Source of the DNA: a virus
IMG/VR virus record: IMGVR_UViG_3300042368_001013
Location: 27,795 to 91,794 of that record
Reading direction: 5' to 3' (one strand)
DNA: 64,000 nt
Shown here one piece after another: positions 48,121-57,298 of the stretch (its first letter is position 1; the number at the start of each line of letters is the position of its first letter). The position numbers were made by a program, and so were the translations under genes. The notes beneath the pieces are model-generated. The model saw only the letters and a list, made by a program, of their open reading frames with translations, was not told the DNA's origin and searched no databases.

Positions 48121-48687
48121 ATGAATAAAATAGAACATTTTTATAAAACTATCGGAGAAGATTGGTTTCCTTATACAAATTTATACAAATTTATGGTTGA
48201 AAGGTTTGACTCTGGATCTAAATTTGTAGAAGTTGGTTCGTGGAAAGGTAGAAGTGCTGCTTTTATGGCGGTAGAAATACATAACTCAGGGAAAAATATA
48301 CACTTTGATTGCGTAGATACATGGAAGGGATCCGGTAATGAAGATTATCACCAAAATGATCCAGCTGTTCAAAACAATTTGTTATATGAAACATTTTTAA
48401 AAAATACGGAAACCGTAAAACATATAATAAATCCTGTTAGAGCAACTTCAGTAGAGGCATCAAAGATGTATGAGGACAACAGTTTAGATTTTGTATTTAT
48501 TGATGCATGCCATTTATACGAATGCGTAAAGGAAGACATAGAACACTGGTATCCAAAAGTAAAAGTAGGCGGCATGATTGCAGGTCACGATTTTCATTAT
48601 CCTGAAGTACAAAAGGCAGTATTAGAAAAATTTGAAAATGTATTTTACGATCAGCCCGGTGATTGTTGGGTTTTACAAAAAAATTGA
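48121..48687 (+). CDS. Class I SAM methyltransferase (Methyltransf_24-like)
   Basis: VEVGSWKGRS, VDTW, FVFIDA.H.YE.V..DI..W.PKVK.GG.IAGHD. Confidence 0.9.
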   Translation: MNKIEHFYKTIGEDWFPYTNLYKFMVERFDSGSKFVEVGSWKGRSAAFMAVEIHNSGKNIHFDCVDTWKGSGNEDYHQNDPAVQNNLLYETFLKNTETVKHIINPVRATSVEASKMYEDNSLDFVFIDACHLYECVKEDIEHWYPKVKVGGMIAGHDFHYPEVQKAVLEKFENVFYDQPGDCWVLQKN

Positions 48688-48693
48688 GGTCAC

Positions 48694-49581
48694 ATGCAGG
48701 AAGTACGTGGATTAATTTTTTATAGCAATGGACATAATGGTGATATACACTATTCTAGAAATTTTGTAAAAGATATTATGTCTCAAATGCCAATTCAAGC
48801 AGAATATAAATTTAATTGTTCCGCAAAATTATTAAAAGACATATTAAATTTATCTTTTAATAATTTTAATATCTTTCAATTTAATGATATGGAAATTTTA
48901 TACGACGAATCAACAAAATGTTTATTTGTCAATACGTGGGTTGGTTCTTCCAGAGCAAAATTTATTCAAAATGAAGTTGGTTGTTCTTTAACAGCAAATT
49001 ATAATAAATTTAAAGAAATATATTTTAATTTAAATTTGGAATTAAAGTCACCAGATTTTTACGTTCCAGATGTAAATTGGTCTAAGTATGACACCAGCTT
49101 TGTAGATGAATTTATATCAAAAAATGTATTTAAAAAATACATTTTAATAGCAAACGGAGAAGTGTTATCCGGCCAATCATCTTTTATTGATTTTAATCTT
49201 ATTGTTAAAAATTTATCTATTAAGTATACTGACGTTTGTTTTATTATGACAGATATTAAGAATAAAATATACCAACCAAATGTATTTTACACATCTGATT
49301 TTATTAAAACCGATGGTGGGGATTTAAATGAAATTGGTTACTTAAGCACTAAGGTTAATTTTATTATTGGTCGCGGGAGTGGTCCATTTTGTTTTGCTCA
49401 TAATAAAGATAATTTATTTGACAAAAATAAAAAGTTTTTGGCTATTACAAAATATAGAACTGATGGCCTATGGGCTTTACCAGAACAATTGCCCACAGAG
49501 CAAGCAAAACAACTTTGGACGAATATGTTTGACAACAACACAATTTATAGTATTATTTCAAAAGAAATAGAAAGCAATTAA
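48694..49581 (+). CDS. Putative GT-B glycosyltransferase (GT9-like)
   Basis: H.GD near the N-terminus, IIGR.SGP near the C-terminus; context. Confidence 0.5.
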   Translation: MQEVRGLIFYSNGHNGDIHYSRNFVKDIMSQMPIQAEYKFNCSAKLLKDILNLSFNNFNIFQFNDMEILYDESTKCLFVNTWVGSSRAKFIQNEVGCSLTANYNKFKEIYFNLNLELKSPDFYVPDVNWSKYDTSFVDEFISKNVFKKYILIANGEVLSGQSSFIDFNLIVKNLSIKYTDVCFIMTDIKNKIYQPNVFYTSDFIKTDGGDLNEIGYLSTKVNFIIGRGSGPFCFAHNKDNLFDKNKKFLAITKYRTDGLWALPEQLPTEQAKQLWTNMFDNNTIYSIISKEIESN

Positions 49582-49582
49582 A

Positions 49583-49939
49583 ATGAATATTGACGTTGCA
49601 TTAAATTTAGAATTGATTATTAAAAATAAAGTCAATGAAATTTTAAACCCAAAAACCGGTCTTCCAAAATTACCAGTTGATTTAGCAGTATCTGATAATT
49701 TGGGAGAGGTAATTGAAAAACTTGTCATTCTTCATATTAGAACTTGGTTTTTAGAAGATATGGCAGGAGTAGCCAAAACTGACGCAGAACTGGCTGACAT
49801 CAAAAGAAAAGTAGACATTTGTTTTAAGCAAAAGCGACCCATGTATGTTCAAGCTATAAATAAAATGATAGATTCGGCCATCAAAGGTGAAAGATCTCTA
49901 CAAGAAGACAGTGTAAAAATTTATAAAAGTGTTGAGTAA
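49583..49939 (+). CDS. Small helical protein (DUF4254-like)
   Basis: GEVIEKL.IL.IR.W.LED...R....IN. Confidence 0.55.
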   Translation: MNIDVALNLELIIKNKVNEILNPKTGLPKLPVDLAVSDNLGEVIEKLVILHIRTWFLEDMAGVAKTDAELADIKRKVDICFKQKRPMYVQAINKMIDSAIKGERSLQEDSVKIYKSVE

Positions 49940-50664
49940 TGAAAAAAGATCTTATTGTTAAAATTTTAACATTAGCAAATAAAAAGAAAGAAGGGCATAT
50001 AGGAAGTTCTCTTTCAATTTTAGATATTTTGTTAGTGTTGTACAAAGACTATATCAATAAAAACAATAAATTTGTTTTGTCCAAGGGACACGCTTCCCTT
50101 GGACTTTTTGTTGTATTAGAATATTTTGGATTACTTGAAAGTGACTTAAACACATTTTGTGATTTTAATTCTGAATTTGGAGGACACCCCTGCAATAAAG
50201 TAAAACATGTAGAAACATCTACTGGATCTTTGGGGCATGGTTTACCAATAGCGGTTGGTATGGCTCTTGGAAATAAAATACAAAAGGTAGAAGGCAATGT
50301 TTATGTGTTAATTGGTGACGGCGAATCAAATGAGGGATCTGTATGGGAAGCCGCGATGTTGGCATCACATCACAAACTAAACAATCTTGTTTGTATTATG
50401 GATTATAATCACTCTGGAGATAGAGCAATACGTATTGATTCTGTTTATGAAAAATTTAAAGCTTTTGGCTGGGATTGTGTCGAAATAGATGGTCATAGTG
50501 AAGCACAAATAAAATCTGCACTTAGCGTCACAAATAAACCACTTTTTATTTTGGCTAATACAATAAAAGGAAAAGGTATTAAGGTTATGGAAAATAATCC
50601 AGAGTGGCACCACAAAGCACCAAATGACGAAGAATTAAAATTGTTTATTGAAGAATTAAGATGA
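49939..50664 (+). CDS. Transketolase, N-terminal (ThDP-binding) subunit
   Basis: GHIGSSLS, LSKGHA, STGSLGHGL, GDGESNEGSVWEA, TIKGKG, WHH. Confidence 0.93.
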   Translation: MKKDLIVKILTLANKKKEGHIGSSLSILDILLVLYKDYINKNNKFVLSKGHASLGLFVVLEYFGLLESDLNTFCDFNSEFGGHPCNKVKHVETSTGSLGHGLPIAVGMALGNKIQKVEGNVYVLIGDGESNEGSVWEAAMLASHHKLNNLVCIMDYNHSGDRAIRIDSVYEKFKAFGWDCVEIDGHSEAQIKSALSVTNKPLFILANTIKGKGIKVMENNPEWHHKAPNDEELKLFIEELR

Positions 50665-51536
50665 GAAAACAGTTTACAAAGACTTTACAGAATATACTTT
50701 ATTCAAATAATAAGACCTGTCTTCTTTTAGGAGATATTGGAGTATTTGGTTTCAAGAATGAGCTGACTAACTTGCCAGACAGGGTTTACAATATAGGAAT
50801 TCTAGAGCAATCTACTATAGGAACGGCAGCTGGCTTGGCTAAAACTGGACTGATACCCTTTGTTCACACGATTGCACCATTTTTGGTTGAAAGAAGTCTT
50901 GAACAATTAAAAGTAGACTTTGGTTATCAATGTTTAAATGGTAATTTTATAAGTGTAGGTGCATCGTATGATTACGCATCTCTTGGTTGCACACATCACT
51001 GCCCCGGAGATATTATGTGTTTAATGTCCATTCCAAACATGGAAATTGTTTGTCCGGGAACATCAAAAGAGTTTGATAGTTTGATTACACAGTCTTATAA
51101 CAATGGAAATCCAACGTATTTTAGATTAAGCGAATACGAAAATGATTTGGACAATATTACGGAATTTGGGAAAGCAAAGCTAATAAAAAAAGGATCTAAA
51201 GCAACAATTGTTTGTTTTGGAAATATGTTAAAAAATATTTTAAAGGCAGTTGAAGATGTAGACGTTACTGTATTATATTACAATACTATAAAACCATTTG
51301 ATCATAAACTACTTCTAAATAATTTTAGTGAAACAATAATAGTATGTGAACCGTTTTATGAAGGTAGTGCCAATATTTTAATAACAAAAAGTTTAGAAAG
51401 CAAATCATATAAGCTTTTTAATATTGGTATTCCACATAAATTTTTAACCAACTATGGTAAAAAAGAGGATCATGATTATTATTTAAACTTAGATGAAAAA
51501 TCTTTAAAAGAAAGAATATTGAAGTGCTTGATATAA
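50661..51536 (+). CDS. Transketolase, C-terminal subunit
   Basis: YNIGILEQ, ERSLEQLK, LGCTHH, P.YFRL. Confidence 0.92.
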   Translation: MRKQFTKTLQNILYSNNKTCLLLGDIGVFGFKNELTNLPDRVYNIGILEQSTIGTAAGLAKTGLIPFVHTIAPFLVERSLEQLKVDFGYQCLNGNFISVGASYDYASLGCTHHCPGDIMCLMSIPNMEIVCPGTSKEFDSLITQSYNNGNPTYFRLSEYENDLDNITEFGKAKLIKKGSKATIVCFGNMLKNILKAVEDVDVTVLYYNTIKPFDHKLLLNNFSETIIVCEPFYEGSANILITKSLESKSYKLFNIGIPHKFLTNYGKKEDHDYYLNLDEKSLKERILKCLI

Positions 51537-52546
51537 TTTATAATGATGGAAAATTAAGTTACCAAAACATAAACATAAATTTTTCTTTATTAAAAGATAA
51601 AAAAGTTTTAATAACTGGTGCTACTGGATTAATAGGTTTGCACATTTTATCAATATTAAAAACGGCACAACTAGATTATAATATTAAAATTTTTTGTTGG
51701 GTTACTGGTCCAATTGACCCAAAGATTAGCCCAATCTTCAATAACTGTGAGTTACTTGTTGGTGATTTGACAAATATTAATCAAGATATTGAAACAAATT
51801 TTAATAAACACTTTGATTTGATAATCCATTCGGCTGGCTACGCCCAACCACAAAAATTTATCGGAAACAAAGTAAATACAATACAATTAAATACTTCAGC
51901 TATTATTGATTTGTTTAAATTATTAAAAGACAAAGGTACATTTGTTTTTTGCAGCACCAGTGAAATTTATAGTGGATTGATTAAAGAAAATATTTTTGAG
52001 CAAGAAATAGGTACTACTACACCAGAGCACCCAAGAGCCTGCTACATCGAAAGTAAACGCTGTGGGGAGACTATATGTCACTCTTTTGCTGAACGTGGGT
52101 ATTCGGTCAAGATAGCGCGCATAAGCCTAGCTTATGGTCCCGGAGCCAGAGCAAACGACACCAGAGTTATGCAGAACATAATCGACAAAGCGATAAAAGA
52201 AAACAAAATAGAACTGTTAGACAGTGGATCTTCTATTAGAACTTATTGTTATGCTGCTGACATAGCAGAAATGTTATGGAATATTTCTTTACTTGGCAAA
52301 AAAACTGTGTATAATATAGCGGGAATGTCTAGAATCACAATTAAAGAATTGGCTGAAAAAGTTGCCAATAAACTAAATTGTGAATTAATAATTCCTGCAG
52401 ATGATAAATTTAGTTTATCAGGAAACCCATCATTAGTAAATTTAAATATTGAAAAATATATGATAGAATTTAATAAAAAAAATTTTACTAATTTTGAAGA
52501 TGGTCTTGATAAAACCATACAATGGCAAAAATATATTTTAAAATAA
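51524..52546 (+). CDS. NAD-dependent NDP-sugar epimerase/decarboxylase (UDP-GlcA decarboxylase-like)
   Basis: ITGATGLIG, STSEIY, PRACYIESKRCGET, RTYCY..D. Confidence 0.85.
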   Translation: MLDIIYNDGKLSYQNININFSLLKDKKVLITGATGLIGLHILSILKTAQLDYNIKIFCWVTGPIDPKISPIFNNCELLVGDLTNINQDIETNFNKHFDLIIHSAGYAQPQKFIGNKVNTIQLNTSAIIDLFKLLKDKGTFVFCSTSEIYSGLIKENIFEQEIGTTTPEHPRACYIESKRCGETICHSFAERGYSVKIARISLAYGPGARANDTRVMQNIIDKAIKENKIELLDSGSSIRTYCYAADIAEMLWNISLLGKKTVYNIAGMSRITIKELAEKVANKLNCELIIPADDKFSLSGNPSLVNLNIEKYMIEFNKKNFTNFEDGLDKTIQWQKYILK

Positions 52547-52547
52547 C

Positions 52548-53720
52548 ATGTTAAGCAAACCAATTAAATTAGTAAAAGACACAATCACACATCAAGAAAT
52601 TGATCAGCTGTGTGACTGGTTAAAAACGTACCCACAACTTACTAAAGGTAAGTTAACAGAAGAATTTGAACAGTTGTGGTCAGACTGGTTGGGAGTAAAG
52701 TACTCTGTATTTGTAAATTCAGGTTCTTCAGCAAATTTAGCAATGCTTTATGCACTTAAAGTTGCCAACAGATTGAAGAATAATAAAATTATTCTTCCCT
52801 GTGTATCATGGGTCACCACTGTAAGCCCCGCAATCCAATTTGGTATGGAACCAATTTTGTGTGATACAGACAAAGATGGATTAGGATTAGATGTTGAGTA
52901 TTTTGAAAAACTTTGTAAAGAACACAATCCAGCATGTGTAATGTTGGTACATGTATTGGGTGTGCCAAATAAGTTAAATGAAATTTTAGATATATGCAAA
53001 AAGTATGACGTAATTTTGTTAGAAGATTCATGTGAAAGCGTTGGAACGTTGTATAATAGTAAACAAACAGGAACGTTTGGTATTATGTCTTCGTTTTCAA
53101 CTTATTTTGGCCATCACTTTTCAACTATAGAAGGTGGTTTTGTCTGTACGAATGATTTTGAATTGTATGAGATATTAAAATCAATTAGGTCGCACGGATG
53201 GAGTAGAGACTTATCAGTTGAAACAAAAGAAAAACTTCAAAAAGAAAACAACATAGACAATTTTAGAAATTTTTATACTTTTTATTATCCAGGATTTAAT
53301 TTAAGAGCAACAGATGTACAAGCTTTTCTTGGCATAAACCAGTTAAAAACTTTAAATACAAAAAATCAAAAAAGATACAACAATCTTGTACTTTACGACT
53401 CATTAATTAAAAATAATTATTGGAAGTTAAAATATGAAGGATTTGTTAGCAATTTTGCATATCCAATAATCCATCCCAATAAAAATAAAATTGCTCAAAA
53501 TTTACAAAACAACAACATTGAATGCAGACCACTTATTTGTGGAAGCATGTCAAGACAACCATTTTTTTACAAGCAATATGGTTTAAAACAATATCCATTC
53601 TCAGACGTTGTACATGATTATGGCTTGTACTTGCCAAACAATCCAGACATGACAGAAGAGGATATTGTTTATATTTCAAATATAGTAAACGAAACAATTA
53701 ATAAGGATACCAATGAATAA
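52548..53720 (+). CDS. colD: PLP-dependent GDP-4-keto-6-deoxymannose 3-dehydratase (ColD-like)
   Basis: DegT-family fold (VNSGSSANL, EDSCES.G) with His at the Schiff-base Lys position (FGHHFSTIEGG); adjacent to fcl and gmd. Confidence 0.75.
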   Translation: MLSKPIKLVKDTITHQEIDQLCDWLKTYPQLTKGKLTEEFEQLWSDWLGVKYSVFVNSGSSANLAMLYALKVANRLKNNKIILPCVSWVTTVSPAIQFGMEPILCDTDKDGLGLDVEYFEKLCKEHNPACVMLVHVLGVPNKLNEILDICKKYDVILLEDSCESVGTLYNSKQTGTFGIMSSFSTYFGHHFSTIEGGFVCTNDFELYEILKSIRSHGWSRDLSVETKEKLQKENNIDNFRNFYTFYYPGFNLRATDVQAFLGINQLKTLNTKNQKRYNNLVLYDSLIKNNYWKLKYEGFVSNFAYPIIHPNKNKIAQNLQNNNIECRPLICGSMSRQPFFYKQYGLKQYPFSDVVHDYGLYLPNNPDMTEEDIVYISNIVNETINKDTNE

Positions 53721-54657
53721 AAATGCAAAAATATTTGTAGCTGGCCATAGAGGTTTAATTGGCTCTGCTATTGTCAGAAAGCTTGAAGAACAAGGATATA
53801 CTAACATAATCAAAAGAACCAGACAAGAAATGGATCTCAGAGATCAACTAGCCGTTTGGCATTTTTTCCAAAAAGAAAAACCAGAATATGTATTTCTTTG
53901 TGCCGCAAAAGTAGGTGGAATAGGTTGGAACAAAGAGTGTCCAGCAGAATTTACTTATGATAATTTGCAAATTCAAAATAATGTAATTCATAGTGCAAGT
54001 TTATCTGGCACCAAAAAACTTTTGTTTTTGGGTTCAGCGTGTATCTATCCAAAAATTACACCACAGCCTATTAAAGAAGAATATCTTTTAACTGGTGAGT
54101 TAGAAGAAACAAATGCAGGATATGCATTGGCAAAAATTGTTGGTTTAAAAATGTGTCAATATTATAAACAACAATACGGTTTCAATTGCATTTCATTGAT
54201 GCCCGCAAATGCATACGGAATTAATGATAATTTTAATATTCAAAAATGTCACGTAATTCCAGCGTTGATTAGAAAATTTATTAATGCAAAAGAAAACAAT
54301 CATCCAACAGTAGAGTGTTTTGGTGATGGTACACCAACAAGAGAATTTATTTGTTCTGACGATATGGCTGACGCATCTGTTTATCTAATGAACAATTATG
54401 ATGGCTCTGATATTATCAATGTTGGTACTGGAATGGATGTAACAATAAAAGAATTGGCAGAAACCATCAAAGAAAAGATAGGTTATACTGGTGAAATCGT
54501 ATGGGACACTACTAAACCAAATGGAACACCTCTAAGAAAACTTAGTAATGATAGGTTAAAGAGTTTGGGATGGTCAGCAAAAATTAATTTGAGCGAAGGA
54601 ATTTCTCGCACCATTAAATGGTATATGGATAATAAAGAAACATATGATAGAAATTAA
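53713..54657 (+). CDS. fcl: GDP-L-fucose synthase / ColC-like epimerase-reductase
   Basis: AGHRGLIGSA, AAKVGGI, LGSACIYP, YA.AK, HVIPALIRK, GDGTPTREF. Confidence 0.93.
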   Translation: MNKNAKIFVAGHRGLIGSAIVRKLEEQGYTNIIKRTRQEMDLRDQLAVWHFFQKEKPEYVFLCAAKVGGIGWNKECPAEFTYDNLQIQNNVIHSASLSGTKKLLFLGSACIYPKITPQPIKEEYLLTGELEETNAGYALAKIVGLKMCQYYKQQYGFNCISLMPANAYGINDNFNIQKCHVIPALIRKFINAKENNHPTVECFGDGTPTREFICSDDMADASVYLMNNYDGSDIINVGTGMDVTIKELAETIKEKIGYTGEIVWDTTKPNGTPLRKLSNDRLKSLGWSAKINLSEGISRTIKWYMDNKETYDRN

Positions 54658-54669
54658 TAAAGGTTTTAT

Positions 54670-55671
54670 ATGAAAAAAGCATTAATTATCGGTGCAAACG
54701 GTCAAGACGCATCATATCTTGCGGAGTTTCTGCTAGATAAAAAATATGAAGTTCATGGTACAATTCGTAGAAATTCCGTACCAGAATCACAAACAACCAG
54801 AATACAATATCTTCATGATAAAAATTTAATTAAATTGCATTACGCAGATTTAACAGATCCAATTAGTATTGAATCTGTAATCCAGAGATTGCAGCCAGAA
54901 GAAATTTATCATTTGGCAGCACAATCTCACGTTCAGATATCGTTTGATTTACCACACTATACACTTGAGGTCAATGGCGGTGGTACTCTTTCTGTTCTTG
55001 AGGCAGTCAGACGATTTTCTCCAGAATCAAAGGTATACCACGCCGCAACTTCAGAAATGTTTGGTAATGCTAAAGATGCTGACGGATATCAAAGAGAAAC
55101 AACTCCCATGATTCCAGTTAGCCCATATGGATGTTCAAAATTATATGCCCATACTTTATGCAGAAATTACAGCCAAGCATATGGTATTTTTGCTTGTTCT
55201 GGAATTTTATTTAACCACGAATCTCCAAGACGCGGCATTAACTTTGTCACAAACAAAACAGCTTTAGAAGCAGCTAAAATTAAATTAGGATTATCTAATA
55301 AGTTGGTTTTAGGGAATCTTGGATCACAACGTGATTGGGGGCATGCCAAAGATTATGTAAAGGCAATGTGGTTAATGCTTCAACGACCATCTCCCGATAG
55401 CTATGTAATCGCAACAGGAGAAACCAGGTCTGTTTGTGAAATGGTAAATTACGTTTTTAATAGACTTAATTTAGATCCTAAAAAGTATATTATAACAGAT
55501 GAAAAATATTGCAGACCCGAAGAATTGCATTATTTAAAAGGTGATGCTACAAAAGCAAAAACAGAACTTAATTGGGCACCAGAAATTTCATTTTATTCTA
55601 TGATGGATGAAATGGTAGATCATTGGATTTCTGTATTACAGAATAAAAAACTTGATTTTACAATTGTATAA
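54670..55671 (+). CDS. gmd: GDP-mannose 4,6-dehydratase
   Basis: GQDASYLAEFLL.K.YEVHG, LAAQSHV, SPYG.SK, GILFNHESPRRG..FVT, RDWGHAKDYV. Confidence 0.96.
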   Translation: MKKALIIGANGQDASYLAEFLLDKKYEVHGTIRRNSVPESQTTRIQYLHDKNLIKLHYADLTDPISIESVIQRLQPEEIYHLAAQSHVQISFDLPHYTLEVNGGGTLSVLEAVRRFSPESKVYHAATSEMFGNAKDADGYQRETTPMIPVSPYGCSKLYAHTLCRNYSQAYGIFACSGILFNHESPRRGINFVTNKTALEAAKIKLGLSNKLVLGNLGSQRDWGHAKDYVKAMWLMLQRPSPDSYVIATGETRSVCEMVNYVFNRLNLDPKKYIITDEKYCRPEELHYLKGDATKAKTELNWAPEISFYSMMDEMVDHWISVLQNKKLDFTIV

Positions 55672-55679
55672 AGTATAAT
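55652..55679 (+). promoter_or_regulatory. Sigma70-type promoter for gp55
   Basis: TTGATT-N16-TATAAT, 6 nt before the GTG start. Confidence 0.7.
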
Positions 55680-55685
55680 AATAAA

Positions 55686-56255
55686 GTGAAAAAGCCAAAG
55701 AAAAAAAAATCAAAACCATCTGATGCTGATTATGTAGATAATCAAGAACTATATAATTCTTTGGTTGAATACAAAAAAAAGTGCAAAGACGCAGAAAATT
55801 CTGGTAGGAAAAAACCAAAATTACCAGATTATATTGGTGACGCTATACTTAAAATAGCAACCCGATTATCGTTTAGACCAAATTTTGCAAACTACTCATA
55901 CAGAGAAGAAATGGTTTCAGATGCGGTATTAAATTGCGTAACATACATTGACAATTTTGATCCCAAGCTTTCCACCAGCCCATTTGGTTACCTAACCCAA
56001 ATATGCTGGTTTTCTTTTGTTCGTATTATAAACAAAGAGAAAAAAGAAAAGTATGTTCAATATAAATTTGCAGAACAACAAAATAACAAAGACTTCCAAC
56101 ATTGGTTTAATGAAGTATATGCTGGTGTTGATATAGGAAGAAAAGACTTTTTTGGTTTGACTGATTCCGATATGGAACGGTTTGACATAATGTGTTCACC
56201 AAAACCAAGAAAAAAGAAAAGAAAAAATAACAAAAAAACCAAATTAGATATATGA
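55686..56255 (+). CDS. gp55: Late sigma factor gp55
   Basis: YVDN, YIG..ILKIA..LS.RPNF.NY.YREEM.SDA, NFDP..S..PF.Y.TQI. Confidence 0.96.
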   Translation: MKKPKKKKSKPSDADYVDNQELYNSLVEYKKKCKDAENSGRKKPKLPDYIGDAILKIATRLSFRPNFANYSYREEMVSDAVLNCVTYIDNFDPKLSTSPFGYLTQICWFSFVRIINKEKKEKYVQYKFAEQQNNKDFQHWFNEVYAGVDIGRKDFFGLTDSDMERFDIMCSPKPRKKKRKNNKKTKLDI

Positions 56256-57298
56256 AAGCAGTAATTCTTAACGATACCCATTTTGGCTATAAGGCCGATT
56301 CTCCTATCGTACTTGAATACTTTTTATCATTCTTCGAAGAACAATTGTTTCCTTATCTCAAGGAAAACAATATCAAAACCATCTTCCATTTGGGGGATGT
56401 TTTTGACCGTAGAAAGTATATAAACTTTAAGACACTTCATCAAGTCAGAACTAGATTTTTTGAACCGCTCAAAGACATGGGAATTAAGTGCATTGCTATA
56501 TGTGGTAATCATGATACCTATCACCGCAATAATAACAATGTTAATTCATTAAATGAGTTGGTAGCCATATATCAAAACTGGCAAATCTATTCAGAGCCAA
56601 CTGAAATTCAAACCTCAGCAGGATGCGTGGCTCTTCTGCCTTGGATTAACCCAGAGAATGAAGGTCAAGCAGCAGAATTCATAACCAATACCACATGTTC
56701 TCTTCTTATGGGACATCTGGAATTATTTGGCTTTCAGAGTATTCGTGGTATATTTATTGAACAAGGATATGATCCCAAACACTTCGACAAGTTTGAATAC
56801 GTTCTTACTGGGCACTATCATATTAAGTCCACTCGTGACAATATTCATTATCTGGGTACGCAATACCAAATGGCTTTCTCGGATGTTTGGGAACCAAAAG
56901 GATTCCACGTATTTGACTTTTTGGCTAGAGAATTGGTATTTGTCGAAAATAACAAAAAGTTATTCTATACGTTTGATTATAACGAAGACGAACCACAACA
57001 ACTTGACTACCCAAAGTTCAAAGACTGCTATATTAAGATTTTTATCAAGAAGCGTACTAAAGCTGCAAGTTTTGAAAAGTACATTGACAAATTCTATGAA
57101 GCGGGCGTGGCAGAATTGGCAATAACCGAAGAAGTCTCTACTAACCCAGAATTGGTGGCAGTAGATGTTCATAAGGATACTCTCCAACTTTTACATGAAG
57201 AGTTGAAGACAATAGATGACAAATCTATTGATAAAAAAATACTTACTAAAATAATAGATGATGCTTATAATTCCGCATTATCAGAGGACGAAGAGTGA
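56252..57298 (+). CDS. gp47: Recombination endonuclease subunit (Mre11/SbcD-like)
   Basis: DTHFG, HLGDVFDRRK, GNHD, GHYH. Confidence 0.96.
   Translation: MKAVILNDTHFGYKADSPIVLEYFLSFFEEQLFPYLKENNIKTIFHLGDVFDRRKYINFKTLHQVRTRFFEPLKDMGIKCIAICGNHDTYHRNNNNVNSLNELVAIYQNWQIYSEPTEIQTSAGCVALLPWINPENEGQAAEFITNTTCSLLMGHLELFGFQSIRGIFIEQGYDPKHFDKFEYVLTGHYHIKSTRDNIHYLGTQYQMAFSDVWEPKGFHVFDFLARELVFVENNKKLFYTFDYNEDEPQQLDYPKFKDCYIKIFIKKRTKAASFEKYIDKFYEAGVAELAITEEVSTNPELVAVDVHKDTLQLLHEELKTIDDKSIDKKILTKIIDDAYNSALSEDEE

Noticed and set aside
43502-55671. Island as a DNA hypermodification system
   Set aside because: No dNMP hydroxymethylase, thymidylate-synthase paralog or DNA glucosyltransferase is recognisable here, and the GT families are typical of surface glycans. 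Not excluded by genes outside the window.
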